DNA of 64,000 nucleotides from Octopus vulgaris (taxonomy: Eukaryota): the NCBI GenBank assembly GCA_951406725.2, contig OX597834.1:26536001-26600000 (forward strand), read 5' to 3'. Shown here piece by piece: positions 50,836 to 64,000 of this stretch; within the stretch, counting starts at the first letter, position 1; each line of letters starts with the position of its first letter. The position numbers and the translations under genes are program-made. The notes beneath the pieces were generated by a model. It worked only from the letters and a program-made list of their open reading frames with translations. It had not been told where the DNA came from and did not search any database.

Positions 50836-51385
50836 CCAGCCATAGAAAAATTTACCTCAATGAATTCGGTTTGACTCATGCAAATGTGGAAAAGTGGAAT
50901 TCTAAAACAATGATGATGATTGTTATTATTCCAACAAACAATTCTTTCAATTTCCAATGGAGTCATTAAAAATAAATCCCTGATTGTCTATATAAATTCA
51001 AGTGATCCACTTAGATGACTGCTTCCTCAGGCATTGGTTTAACTTTTCCACTAAATCACCATTAAGTAGTTTTGTGACATTAACAAGATTTCCCATTGTA
51101 AGAGAAGATAGCCTTCATAATAAAAATTTCTCCAAGTACTAGAGGATGTAAGTATTATGTCCACTTAAAATTATTATAAAGGCACAGGAATGGCTGTGTG
51201 ATAAGAAGCTTGCTTTCTGACCACATGATTCTGGGTTCAGGGCAAATGCCTTCTACTGCAGCTTTGGATCAACCAAAGCTTTGTGAGTAGATTTGGTAGA
51301 TGGAAATGAAAAGAAACCTGTTGTATATATGTATATGTATATATATACACACATGAAGCATATACATTAAGAAGGTGTTGTTGAT

Positions 51386-51460
<75 letters not shown>

Positions 51461-51465
51461 TATAC

Positions 51466-51506
<41 letters not shown>

Positions 51507-52029
51507 TCTCTTATTATAAAAGGCAGATTTTATCTGCCTCCCTTTGGGAGTTATACAAATCTACAATATAGGATTTCTTCAATTACAATTTACCTAGCAG
51601 TTTTAAGAGTACAATGCATCGCGTCATGCCAGGTCCAGTTTTTAAAATTTAAACTCCAATTAAGCAAAATTTACAGAAAACTCACATTCTGGTGTGTGTG
51701 TCAAATGCTTTTCTTAGTCTGGTTTACACCACACGCAAACGCACACACACAGTGGGCAACGAATAAAATGAAAGTAAATAGCGACAGAGTGATTTGAGGA
51801 AGACTAAAGTGAAAGTATTCTGTCTATGACGCTGATAGATACATGAGTAAAATGTATGGGAAGCTAAGAGCTAAGAGTGAGTGAAAATGTTCTTGGAAGA
51901 GAGTAATTAGTAATAAAGTAAACATACACTCATACATACATACATACATACATACATACATACATACATACATACATACATACATACATACATACATACA
52001 TACATACATACATACATACATACATACAT

Positions 52030-52060
<31 letters not shown>

Positions 52061-52344
52061 TACACACACACATACATACACACACACACACACATACATA
52101 CATACATATACATACATACATATACATACATACATACATACATACATACACACACACACAGTATTGAAGCTTGAGAACAATCAGATACATTTGCAACACA
52201 TCTGTTGAAAATATTATTGTTCACACACATACATATACATATATACAGACAGACAGACAGACAGATAGACACACACACACACACACACACACATGATCCA
52301 GCATGGCCACAACCTCAAGGCTGAAACATATAAAAGAATAACAG

Positions 52345-52705
52345 AATATAAATGTGTGCAAAGTACAAGAAATATTAATGCAGTATATGGGGATTGGACA
52401 ATAAGCGTAAGGCAGTGTCAATGGTGGTTCCAGAAATCCCGAGCCATAAACTACAGCCTAGAAGACGAGCCTCATCCTGAAAGATCTGTAGAACTCGACA
52501 AGGACATCCTGAAAACCCTGGTGGAACAAAATATCATCGTAACTGTTGAGGAACTAGCAGAGAAGCTTGGATTTGGTCATTCAACCATTCATTGACACCT
52601 GTGTGCTATCGGAAAAGTCAGCAAATTGGGTCAATGGGTTCCTCACGAACTTTCCGAGTTTAATTGCATGCAGAGAGTGAATGTATGCTTTTCTTTGCTG
52701 TCATA
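52345..52705 (+). pseudogene. Mariner transposase N-terminal (HTH) fragment
   Basis: STRNINAVYGDWTISVRQCQWWFQKSR...EELAEKLGFGHSTIH*HLCAIGKVSKLGQWVPHEL, with the WVPHEL motif at 52635-52652 and an in-frame stop at 52593. Confidence 0.88.
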
Positions 52706-52730
52706 TCTCACCACTACTGCGCTATGTATA

Positions 52731-53501
<771 letters not shown>

Positions 53502-53582
53502 ATATATATATATACATATATATAAACATTATCAACAACACCTTCTTAATGTATATGCTTCATGTGTGTATACATATATATA

Positions 53583-53672
<90 letters not shown>

Positions 53673-54019
53673 GAATGTGTGGAGGCACATGGCCTAGTGG
53701 TTAGAGCAGCAGACTCATGGTCGAGGGATGGCGGGTTCGAATCTCAGACCAGACGATGTGTGTGTTTATGAGCGAAACACCTAAGCTCCACACAGCTCCA
53801 GCAGAAGGTAATGGTGAACTTCTGCTGACTCTTTTGCCACAACTTTCTCTCACTCTTTCCTCCTGCATCTTGCAGCTCACCTGTTATGGACCTATATGCC
53901 AATGAAACTGGAAAACCAGCCCTCATGAGCCAGGGATGGCTTGAGAAGGAACAAACAATGTACGGATGTACATGTACACATGAAAATACAAGCAAAACAT
54001 CTCCCAAATAAACACTTAC

Positions 54020-54208
54020 TGTATCTGTAAGATTTGCTAACATCTGTACGACATTGTGGTCAGTAATGACAGCTAGGTTCTCCTCATCTTTGGCAATGTT
54101 TGCAATGGCGGCACACACACTAGCCAACACCTCAATGTTGTCTGACTTGAGTAGATTCACAATTAATTCTAAACCACCGACAAAAGAACGCACCATCTCA
54201 CCAGCATC
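54020..54208 (-). CDS. ARMC4: Armadillo repeat outer dynein arm docking subunit ARMC4/ODAD2, third-last exon
   Basis: [63 protein letters not shown], recognised as the ARMC4 C-terminal ARM repeats. Acceptor TTGCAG, donor GTAAGT. 189 nt, phase 0. Confidence 0.93.
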
Positions 54209-54334
54209 CTGCAATACAAATTGGATCAGTCTTTAGCAAACACAAATACAAGAAAAATAATGACGGTTAAGATATTACTTGGTCATACGAAGTGACAGCA
54301 CAACAAGAATGTGGCTACATCTTTCAAAATTAGG

Positions 54335-54368
<34 letters not shown>

Positions 54369-55123
54369 GTTTAACGTCCGTTTTCCGTGCTAGCATGGGT
54401 TGGACAGTTCAACCGTTGTCTGGGAAGCCAGGAGACTGCACCAGGCTCCAGTCTGATCTGGCAGTGTTTCTACAGCTGGATGCCCTTCCTAACGCCAACC
54501 ACTCCGTGAGTGTAGTGGGTGCTTTTTACGTGCCACCGGCACAGGTGCCCGGGGGGGAGGCTGGCAGTGGCCATGATCAGTTGGTGCTTTTTACGTGCCA
54601 CCGGCACAGAAGCCAGTCAAGGCGGCACTGGCATCTGATAAAAAACATCAACCTGGTGTAAGCACAATAGGCCGGCTGTCATGTTACAGGACAAGGAGCA
54701 AAGGTCATGAACTTTTGTGGAGTTCAGTTGTCCAGCAGATGTGAATTGATCAGACTTAGCATCCTCGCGTATAAGGAGAAAAACAACTAGTTTTAAATCT
54801 CTGATTTAGATCCATGTAGTAACAGTATTGGATAGTAAAGTTTATTTGCCAACATAACGTGGCAGTCCTGACTAGGATTTTTAACCTCAGGAAAGCATCT
54901 TTTCCAGCTGGTTTATCGACACATTATCTGTGTCTGAGACGTACCATAAGCGAGGGGTCTCACTGCTCCTTTCTAGCTGTTGGCAGCATCAACAGACCAA
55001 TGGTTCCTGGGTTATTTCACTAGCCAGGTGGATGTCCAGTACTGAGGAAGATGTTTTCCTGGGGTTAAAAAGTAGTGACAGTCCGAGTCAGGACTACCAC
55101 ATTATGTTGGCAAATAAATTCTA

Positions 55124-55448
55124 CTACATACATACATACATGCATGCATACATACATACATGCATGCATGCATACATACATACATACATACACACATACA
55201 TACATACATACATACATGCATACATACATACATACATGCATACATACATACATACATACATACATGCATGCATACATACATACATACATACACACATATG
55301 CATACATATATATATATATATACACACATTCATGCATACATACATACATGCATACATACACACATACATACATGCATGCATACATACATACATACATACA
55401 TACATACATGCATGCATACATGCATGCATGCATGCATACATACATGCA

Positions 55449-55494
<46 letters not shown>

Positions 55495-55541
55495 TATATA
55501 TATGTATGTATGTACGTATGTATGTATGTATGTATGAATGT

Positions 55542-55576
<35 letters not shown>

Positions 55577-55595
55577 GGTGTGTGTGTGTGTGTGA
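55124..55595. repeat. (TACA/TGCA)n, (TA)n and (TG)n compound microsatellite
   Basis: Read directly. Similar blocks at 51393-51506, 51925-52160, 53357-53670 and 55810-56126. Confidence 0.9.
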
Positions 55596-55847
55596 AAGAA
55601 ACAAAGAAAATAAATGTGAGGTTTTTGTAAGAGCAAAAGCCTAATCAATACTAAAAGAACAAACAGTTAAATGGAAAAACTGCACGTGGGTGTGTGAGTT
55701 TACACACAGCTTACATCAGACTATGTGTGTGTATGAGTGTGTGTGGGTAAGCGTCTGTCTGTGTTTATGTTGTAATTGTCTATTTCCTATTGTGTGCGTG
55801 TGTGAGCATGTATATATATATATAATGTATGTATATGTATGTATATA

Positions 55848-55936
<89 letters not shown>

Positions 55937-55957
55937 GTATATATATATGTATGCATG

Positions 55958-55991
<34 letters not shown>

Positions 55992-56283
55992 TGTATATAT
56001 ATGTATAAGTATATCTATCTATATATGTATATATGTATGTATGTATGTTTGTATATATATACATATGTGTATATATATGTATACGTATATATGTATGTAT
56101 GTATGTTTGTATATATATATACATATGTCTGCATATTGGACAATGCAGACTCTTACTATGACACATATGGAGACTTAATCCCAAGAAGCCAAATAACAAC
56201 AAAGTCTTTGACACCAACGTCAATACTGGCAACGATTTATACACGTAGCTCCATCTGGTGACACACGTGCAAATACATGCGCT

Positions 56284-56315
<32 letters not shown>

Positions 56316-56351
56316 TAAACACACACATTAATGTGTTTGTTGTTTGTGTAA

Positions 56352-56650
56352 TCTATTATATAAAATCCGTTCTGTCTGTCTGTGTATGTGTCTTCTAGGA
56401 TCTTGGGCATCCTCCATCCGATTGTGCTCAAATATGATATGTAGACACCGACGGTATCAGGGCTTGTATAAGTCTTGAAAAAATTACAATAATCGACTCC
56501 ATGTGAGAATGCGATCGTTAAAGCCGTGGGAACGTGCATTTGTACGTGCAAGTACATCAGCTGTTGCGATGGATACTATGCGCATGTGAGAAAAATGCAC
56601 GTGCAGTTTGGGCAAAAAATAGCCGGCCTGTTTGGCGTCACAAATTTAGG
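56352..56650 (+). mobile_element. Helitron-like 5' end of a different family
   Basis: A-TCTATTATATAAAA...CTGTCTGTCTGT...CCGATT, typical of non-autonomous Helitron 5' ends. The 3' end was not found. A similar start occurs at about 51507. Confidence 0.5.
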
Positions 56651-57773
56651 TTAAATCAGTGTTTCTCAAAGGGGAGGCCTATGGGATGGTCAGACAAGTT
56701 GTTTTGAGAAAATTTGGTTTAAATGTTTGACAACTCAGCACCGTCCATCGGATTGGGGGGGGGGGGGCGTTTTGCTCGTTATTTATGTAAACATTCGCAC
56801 ATTATGTGAAAACCATTCACTACGTATGTGACACGTAAACACATCAATTTTTCAAAGGCATCATTGATAATGACTTTAAGGTTTCTGCTGGATGCAATTT
56901 TGCAGTCACTATCAACTTTTCCTTTTTCTATGTATGACATTTTCTTTTATTCGTTTCTGTCACTTGACTGCAGCCATGCTGGAGCACCGCCTTTAGTCGA
57001 ACAAATCAACCCCAGAACTTGTTCTTTGTAAGCCTAGTACTTATTCTATTGACCTCTTTTGCCGAACCGCTAAGTTACGGGGACGTAAACACACCAGCAT
57101 CGGTTGTCAAGTGATGTTGGGGGGGACAAACACAGACACACAAACGTATACACACACACATATGTATATACATATATACGACGGGCTTCTTTCAGTTTCC
57201 ATCTACCAAAGACACTTGCCCAAGGTGTAACAAAGTGGGACTGAACTCAGAATCATGTGGTTGGTAAGCAAGCTACTTACCACACAGCCACTCCTATGCC
57301 AAGAACTATATCCTATTGATCTTCAGACAACAAAGAGCTCGATGGTTGGACATTATTTCATGGCAAATTGTAAGTGAAGATATACTGTTGTATAGAAGAA
57401 GGCATTTGTTTTACATTGCAGGCAAACAAACATTCAAGCACACAGGATATCTGTCACTGAGGAGTTCAAAACAAGATGAAATCACGGGATCTGATAGTTT
57501 TCGTGGTTGTAGCTCTTGTCTGTCAATGATGTAAATATGAGTACTTTTATGTATCATAAGACCATATGAGAAGTCCTCTCAAGATGGATAATGTAGTATT
57601 CTTTGTCCAGATACAACATCCAAGCAAAGTTGGAGATAAAGATTATTTTTGGGGATTGTTTTTCTATGATAGTCTCCTGATTCTCTGAATCCATATCTTA
57701 TACTACTCATTTATATATATATATCGGCGATTTTTTTTCCTCTGTCTTCCCTTCTCGGGATCTTTCCTTCTAT

Positions 57774-57808
57774 GTTTCCGACGAAGAGCTCCGCTCGAAA
57801 CGTTAAAC
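57774..57808 (+). ncRNA. Minimal type I hammerhead ribozyme motif of the Penelope-like-element type
   Basis: GTTT | CCGACGA | A-GAGC-TCC-GCTC | GAAAC | GTT | AAAC: stem I GTTT/AAAC, stem II GAGC/GCTC, loopless palindromic stem III (AACGTT), cleavage triplet GUU. The core has C where canonical CUGANGA has U4. Confidence 0.65.
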
Positions 57809-57902
57809 CCTCCTTCTTCCCTTCTTTCCTGAGCGTCCAATAATACTTTATTTGTTCCACGTCCTTGCGTTGTTGTGTTTTTTTGTTTTCTTGTTTGGAT
57901 TA

Positions 57903-57951
<49 letters not shown>

Positions 57952-60900
57952 AGTAGGTACTGTAAATTTAGAGTGAATACTTGATAAGTGTAAGCATCTG
58001 TATATGCCAGATATTGGTAGAGGTGAGAGAGTATTATATCAAATATAAATTAAAAATAGGAGCTCTCTGAACTTTGCTCGGGCCATTCTTATTCTAGCAG
58101 CTATGCTCTCAGAGCATCCACTCCCACTACTAATTGGTCACTTAGGTAATGGAAGCTGTCAACTACTTCTAGTTCTTCCCCCAGCATGTGATAGAATCTG
58201 TTTTCTGTACATCTTCAGTATTTTGTTTTTAATTTATCATCATCATCATCATTTAATGTCCATCTTCCTTGGTGGCATAGGCTGGACAGTTTCACAGGGG
58301 CTGGCAAACCAGGGGACTGCTCCGAGCCCTACTGTCTCTTTTGGCATAGGTTTTTTACAGCTGCAATTCCTTCCTAATGCTGGCATGGGTTGGGTGGTTT
58401 GATAGGATCCAGCAGGTCTGAGGACTACCTTGTGCTCCAATATCTGCTTTGGCCTGGCTTCTACAGCCGGATACCCTTCCTGACACAAACCACTTTATAG
58501 AGAGTACTATGGGTGCAGCTGTAAAACGATGCTGATGGTGATGTTGATGATGACGACGACGATGATGACAACAATGATGACGAATCACTTTCGTTAGACA
58601 ATAGGTAAAAAAGAAAAGAAAAATATTAAAGTACGTTGAATCAATATCCAATGATAGCTCAATATTACAGCAATATATATATTTCTATATAGCAGCTGTC
58701 ACCTTTAACTTATTATCTCAGAAATATTGAATTCTGCAAAGAAAAGCCTCAACATGTGGAAATATTCTTATTGAACTTAGATAGTCGGGTCTCCTTCACT
58801 CACTTGCTTAGTCTGCTAGAAATAGCAGCCTAGCAAACAAGACAGCCTCTATACAGTTTCTTGACTTGCTAGATATGGTAGCCACTTACCAGGTAATTGA
58901 TCTGCTATAGAATAGGTGCAGGCATGACTGTGTGACGAAGAAATTTGCTTCCCAACAATGTGGCATTCGATTCAGTCCTAGGTTTCTGTTATGTTATAAT
59001 TCTTACTCTGATCAAAGCCTTATGAATGGATTTGGGAGACAGAAACAGAAAGAAGCCTTTAAGGCGGTGAGCTGACAGAAACGTTAGCACGCCGGGCGAA
59101 ATGTTTAGCAGGTATTTCGTCTGCCGTTACGTTCTGAGTTCAAATTCCGCAGAGGTCGACTTTGCCTTTCATCCTTTCGGGGTCGATAAATTAAGTACCA
59201 GTTACGCACTGGGGTCGATGTAATCGACTTAATCCATTTGTCTGTCCTTGTTTGTCCCCTCTGTGTTTAGCCCCTTGTGGGTAGTAAAGAAACAGAAACA
59301 GAAAGAAGCCTCTTGTAGGTGTGTGTGTGTATGTGTGTGTGTATGTACACACACACACACACATACACTCACACATATATCATCATCACAGACACACACA
59401 CACATGCATATACACGTACATATGTCTATATGTATGTGTGTGAGTGCGCATGCGTATATGTGTGCGTGTGTGTGAGCCTTTGTGTCTCCTTGTCTTTACA
59501 TCACATGATAGTAATAAACTCTCTATCAGTCATGACGATCAGTGTTCTAGTTTATTTGATCAACCAAACAGCCTGCTTGTGAAATTTTTGTCATCATTAT
59601 TTTGTTTTGAGAATAAAACTTGGCATTGCTCATCAATTTCCAAATAGTGCCACTGCCTGTGTTTGTTAATGCGACAAATTAAATTGTTTAAGTATGTTGG
59701 AAGTACTCCGTCGGTTACGACGACGAGGGTTCCGGTTGATCCGATCAAATCAACGGAACAGCCTGCTCGTGAAATTAACGTGTAAGTGGCTGAGCACTCC
59801 ACAGACACGTGTACCCTTAACATAGTTCTCGGGGATATTCAGCATGACACAGAGAGTGACAAGGCCGGCCCTTTGAAATACAGGTACAACAGAAACAGGA
59901 AGTAAGAGTGAGAGAAAGTTGTGGTGAAAGAGTACAGCAGGGATCACCACCAACCCCTGCTGGAGCCTCGTGGAACTTTAAGTGTTTTCGCTCAATAAAC
60001 ACTCACAACGCCCGGTCTGGGAATCGAAACCACGATCCTATGACCGTGAGTCCGCTACCCTAACCACTGGGCCATTGCGCCTCCACTATTTAAGTATAGT
60101 ATAAAGCCAGAACCTATGTTTGTGTATAATATGTAACCTTAACTACATATCCAGAGAACATCCTTGTTGCTTATTTTGATTATAATCACCCCATTTTGAA
60201 TTACATGGATAATACCATACTAAATTCTGGTGCCTTTAACTTAAGTACTATATTCATCTGAATCTAAATTTTACTGAACTTATATATATATAAGGCGCAG
60301 GAGTGGCTGTGTGGTAAGTAGCTTGCTTACCAACCACACAGTTCCGGGTTCAGTCTCACTGCGTGGCACCTTGGGCAAGTGTCTTCTACTATAGCCTCGG
60401 GCCGACCAAAGCCTTGTGAGTGGATTTGGTGGACGGAAACTGAAAGAAGCCTGTCGTATACATATATATGTATATATATATGTGTGTGTGTTTGTGTGTC
60501 TGTGTTTGTCTCCCCAACATCACTTGTGTTTACGTCCCCGTTACTTAGCGGTTCGGCAAAAGAGACCGATAGGATAAGTACTAGGCTTACAAAGAATAAG
60601 TCCTGGGGTCGATTTGCTCGACTAAAAGGCGGTGCTCCAGCATGGCCGCAGTCAAATGACTAAAACAAGTAAAAGAGAAAGATATATATATATATATATA
60701 TATATATAAAGAGAAAGATATATATATAAAAGAGAAAGATATATATATATATATCCCCTTTAGGGATGAAAAATATAAAAGAATAAAAGAATATATATAC
60801 AAGTATGTATAAATATACACATGCACATTTAAAGAGAGAAAGGGAGATATGCATGTGAACCATACCACACACATACACTTTTAATTTTGCTGTTGGTATA

Positions 60901-62792
60901 ATGGTATCTTGTCTACCTTGGTGATGTGTCAAAGCCCGGTGTAACAAAAAAATGCCTGCTGCAATGCAAAGGTTGCTCACACTTTACAGACTGTGTAACA
61001 TAGGTGAATATCACTGAGGAATTTTTGAGAGCTGAAAATAGACAACGTTCTCTTATCTCCTTTCCTTCTTTCTTTCTTTCTTTCTTTCTTTCTTTTTCAT
61101 TTATTTACTTATTTAGGTCACCCCTGTGATGTCTGTGGGGGAGGGCCAAATGTATTCTAAACAGACTCGAAGGTGTTGGGTTACATGATCTGAGTACCCA
61201 CCAACACAGATGGCATACTTGTCTAACACAGAATGTCACCAGACTTCATATTAGTTATTTTACAGTCTGTCAGATGCGCACACCAAGGATTATTATAAAT
61301 ATTTTAACCCTTTAGTGTTTAAATTGGCCAAATCCGGCCCAATATATTCCACATATTTTATATTCAAACTGGCCATATCTAGCCTCTCACACCTAACCTA
61401 CAATGTCATTCTAAAAATAAACAATCACATCATTGAAACCTCAAAGCTATAAGATAATGCATGATTAATTCAAAACAATTTGAGTGAAAAAGTATTACAT
61501 TTAACAGAGTAATCTGAACACTAAAGGGTTAAAGCTAGTAAGGTGTGACCTGACAGTTATTTGGCTGCTGTTTGTAGCCAGTCAAACAACTGTGCAATAT
61601 GTTAGCCTCTTAGCTTGTGTGTACACTTCTGGAATTAACACAATAATAATAATAAAATTAATCCCTTCTTTATTGGCCACAAGGGCCGAACACCAAAACA
61701 CAGAGGGACAATACAAAACAAGGGACAAGTGGGGGTTTAACCCTTTAGTGTTTAAATCAGCTGTATCCGGCCCAAATATTCTACACATTTTATGCTCAAA
61801 CTGGCCAGAACCAGCATCTCACACCTACCCTGCAATATCATTCTTAAAATAAGCAATTACATCTTTCCTATCTGGAAGCTACAAAATAATATCAGGTAAT
61901 TTTTTTTTTAAATGTGAATAAAAAAGGATTATTTTTGCCAAATTAATCTGAACGCTAAAGGGTTAAAACAGAAAATGTAGAAACAATAAAAACAAAAACA
62001 AAAAAAAAACAGTTAACAACAAAAAAAGAAACAACAAAATTCCCCAATAGGGTCACTTAGGTAATGGAAGCTGTCAACTACTTCTAGTTCTTCCCCCAGC
62101 ATGTGATAGAATCTGTTTTCTGTACATCTTCAGTATTTTGTTTTTAATTTATCATCATCATCATCGTTTACTGTCCATTTTCTGTGCTAGCACGGGTTGG
62201 ACTGTTCAGCCGGGGTCTGGGAAGCCAGGAGGCAGCACCAGGCTCCAGTCTGATCCACCTAGGGTCAACCAGGCACCCCACACATTCTGATGACCCCGAC
62301 TGCCAAGGGCACACATTGTACGTACCCCTCTTCTCCTCAACTACTCCGGCTTACAGGCAAATTAGTCAGAGTAGGCCCATTCGTTTGAGCCATTTTCACA
62401 ACATTCACCCACCTTTTAACAAACTTACTGGGGCGGGGGGGGGGACTTCCCACTCTACCCTCACCTTCCTTTCCAAGTAGAGCTTGAAAAAGTCGATGAG
62501 GGATTGGCTGGAGAGGAAAGTGTCTCCCTTCAGTCCTTTCAATCTTGTCCACCATACTACCTCTTTCGCTATAGCCACCAGGTAGGTAGAGGAAAACTGC
62601 CTTTCCCTCCCGAAAAGCCCAAGGCCTGAAGTTTTTGTGGGGAGGGGCCTAGTTGATTACATCGATCCCAGTGTTTCACTGGTACTTAATTTATCGACCC
62701 CCAAAAGGTGAAAATTGAACTCTGAATGTAGCAGCAGACAAAATACTGCTAGGCATTTCGTTCAGTGTGCAAACAGTTCTGCCAGCTTACCA

Positions 62793-62797
<5 letters not shown>

Positions 62798-62826
<29 letters not shown>

Positions 62827-62926
62827 TATTATTATTTCTTTACTACCCACAAGGGGCTAAACACAGAGGGGACAAACAAGGACAGACAAAGGGATTAAGT
62901 CAATTACATCGACCCCAGTGCGTAAC

Positions 62927-62981
<55 letters not shown>

Positions 62982-63097
62982 TATTATTATTATTATTATT
63001 ATTATATTTTTTACTACCCACAAGGGGCTAAACACAGAGGGGACAAACAAGGACAGACAAAGGGATTAAGTCAATTACATCGACCCCAGTGAGTAAC

Positions 63098-63144
<47 letters not shown>

Positions 63145-63259
63145 TATTATTATTATTATTATTATTATTTCTTTACTACCCACAAGGGGCTAAACACAGA
63201 GGGGACAAACAAGGACAGACAAATGGATTAAGTCAATTACATCGACCCCAGTGAGTAAC

Positions 63260-63297
<38 letters not shown>

Positions 63298-63420
63298 TAT
63301 TATTATTTCTTTACTACCCACAAGGGGCTAAACACAGAGGGGACAAACAAGGACAGACAAAGGGATTAAGTCAATTACATCGACCCCAGTGCGTAACTTA
63401 ATAATAATAATAATAATAAT
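62798..63420. repeat. Array of four ~92-bp SINE B 3' ends separated by (AAT)n(TAT)n spacers
   Basis: Units at about 62835, 63007, 63168 and 63306. Followed by (GAA)n at 63423-63515. Confidence 0.9.
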
Positions 63421-63512
63421 GAGAAGAAGAAGAAGAAGAAGAAGAAGAAGAAGAAGAAGAAGAAGAAGAAGAAGAAGAAGAAGAAGAAGAAGAAGAAGAA
63501 GAAGAAGAAGAA

Positions 63513-64000
63513 GAAACAATAAATCATATTATCTCTGGCTGCCCAGTTCTGGCTAAGAAGGAATATATTCACAGACACGACAGAGTTGGGACCTTTACAC
63601 ACTGGAAGCTATGCCAACACTAAAGAATAGCAACAGAGAAAAAGATAGTATAGTCACACACCAGAAAAAGGTCACAGAAAACAAGAAAGCAACCATACTC
63701 TGGGATATGCCAATACACACAGATAGAGAAATTGAGGCCAAAAGGCCAGATATAGTTGTCAGAGATCATGAAGAAAAAAATACTTTCTAAATGATGTATC
63801 AATACCAGTAGATGACAACATTTCTCTAAAAGAAATGGAGAAACTTTCAAAATACAAAGACCTGGAAATAGAGGTAACTCGAAGGTGGAGTCTAAAAACA
63901 GAAACAATTCCTATCATAGGCACATTAGGTATGATAAAAAAATATTCAGACAAATACATAACAAAAAACACCAGGACTAACAAATACATATAACATACAG
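63513..64000 (+). mobile_element. R4/Dong-type non-LTR retrotransposon fragment (zinc knuckle plus restriction-like endonuclease)
   Basis: ETINHIISGCPVLAKKEYIHRHDRVG...ILWDMPIHTDREIEAKRPDIVV...DVSIP...KEMEKLSKYKDL, with stops and frameshifts. RHD and PD-D motifs of REL endonucleases are present. Confidence 0.85.

Noticed and set aside
62798-63420. CRISPR-like repeat-spacer appearance
   Set aside because: The repeats are SINE tails found elsewhere in the window, the spacers are simple trinucleotide repeats, the DNA is eukaryotic and there are no cas genes.
54209-64000. Further upstream ARMC4 exons
   Set aside because: I found no minus-strand segment encoding the expected preceding ARM repeat with splice sites. 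It probably lies beyond the window, though a short exon could have been missed.

Overview
Eukaryotic, AT-rich and very repeat-dense DNA. The SINE families and microsatellite load suggest an octopus or other coleoid cephalopod (inference). Two convergent protein-coding genes can be rebuilt by hand. (1) A complete 7-coding-exon CD63-like tetraspanin on + (7025..40858, 232 aa, all introns GT-AG and phase 0, 23 kb first intron), with a TATA/Inr promoter near 6884-6918 and a repeat-free 3' UTR to about 42.7 kb. (2) The last three exons of ARMC4/ODAD2 on - (54208..45211); I found no further upstream exons within the window. The rest is tRNA-derived SINEs, TTAA-flanked piggyBac-type MITEs, Tc1/mariner/pogo MITEs and transposase relics, Helitrons, CR1/RTE/R4-Dong LINE fragments, a 5S rRNA pseudogene and microsatellites. 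Most ORFs in the supplied track are spurious reads through these repeats. The most unusual observations are: a 51-nt copy of the tetraspanin 5' leader, starting exactly at the predicted +1, pasted into a SINE 1.5 kb upstream; a Penelope-type minimal hammerhead ribozyme in a small (TA)n-flanked element; head/tail shuffling among SINEs; an array of SINE tails with palindromic spacers next to an R4/Dong fragment; and several local inverted duplications in introns. I found no clearly new multi-gene system.
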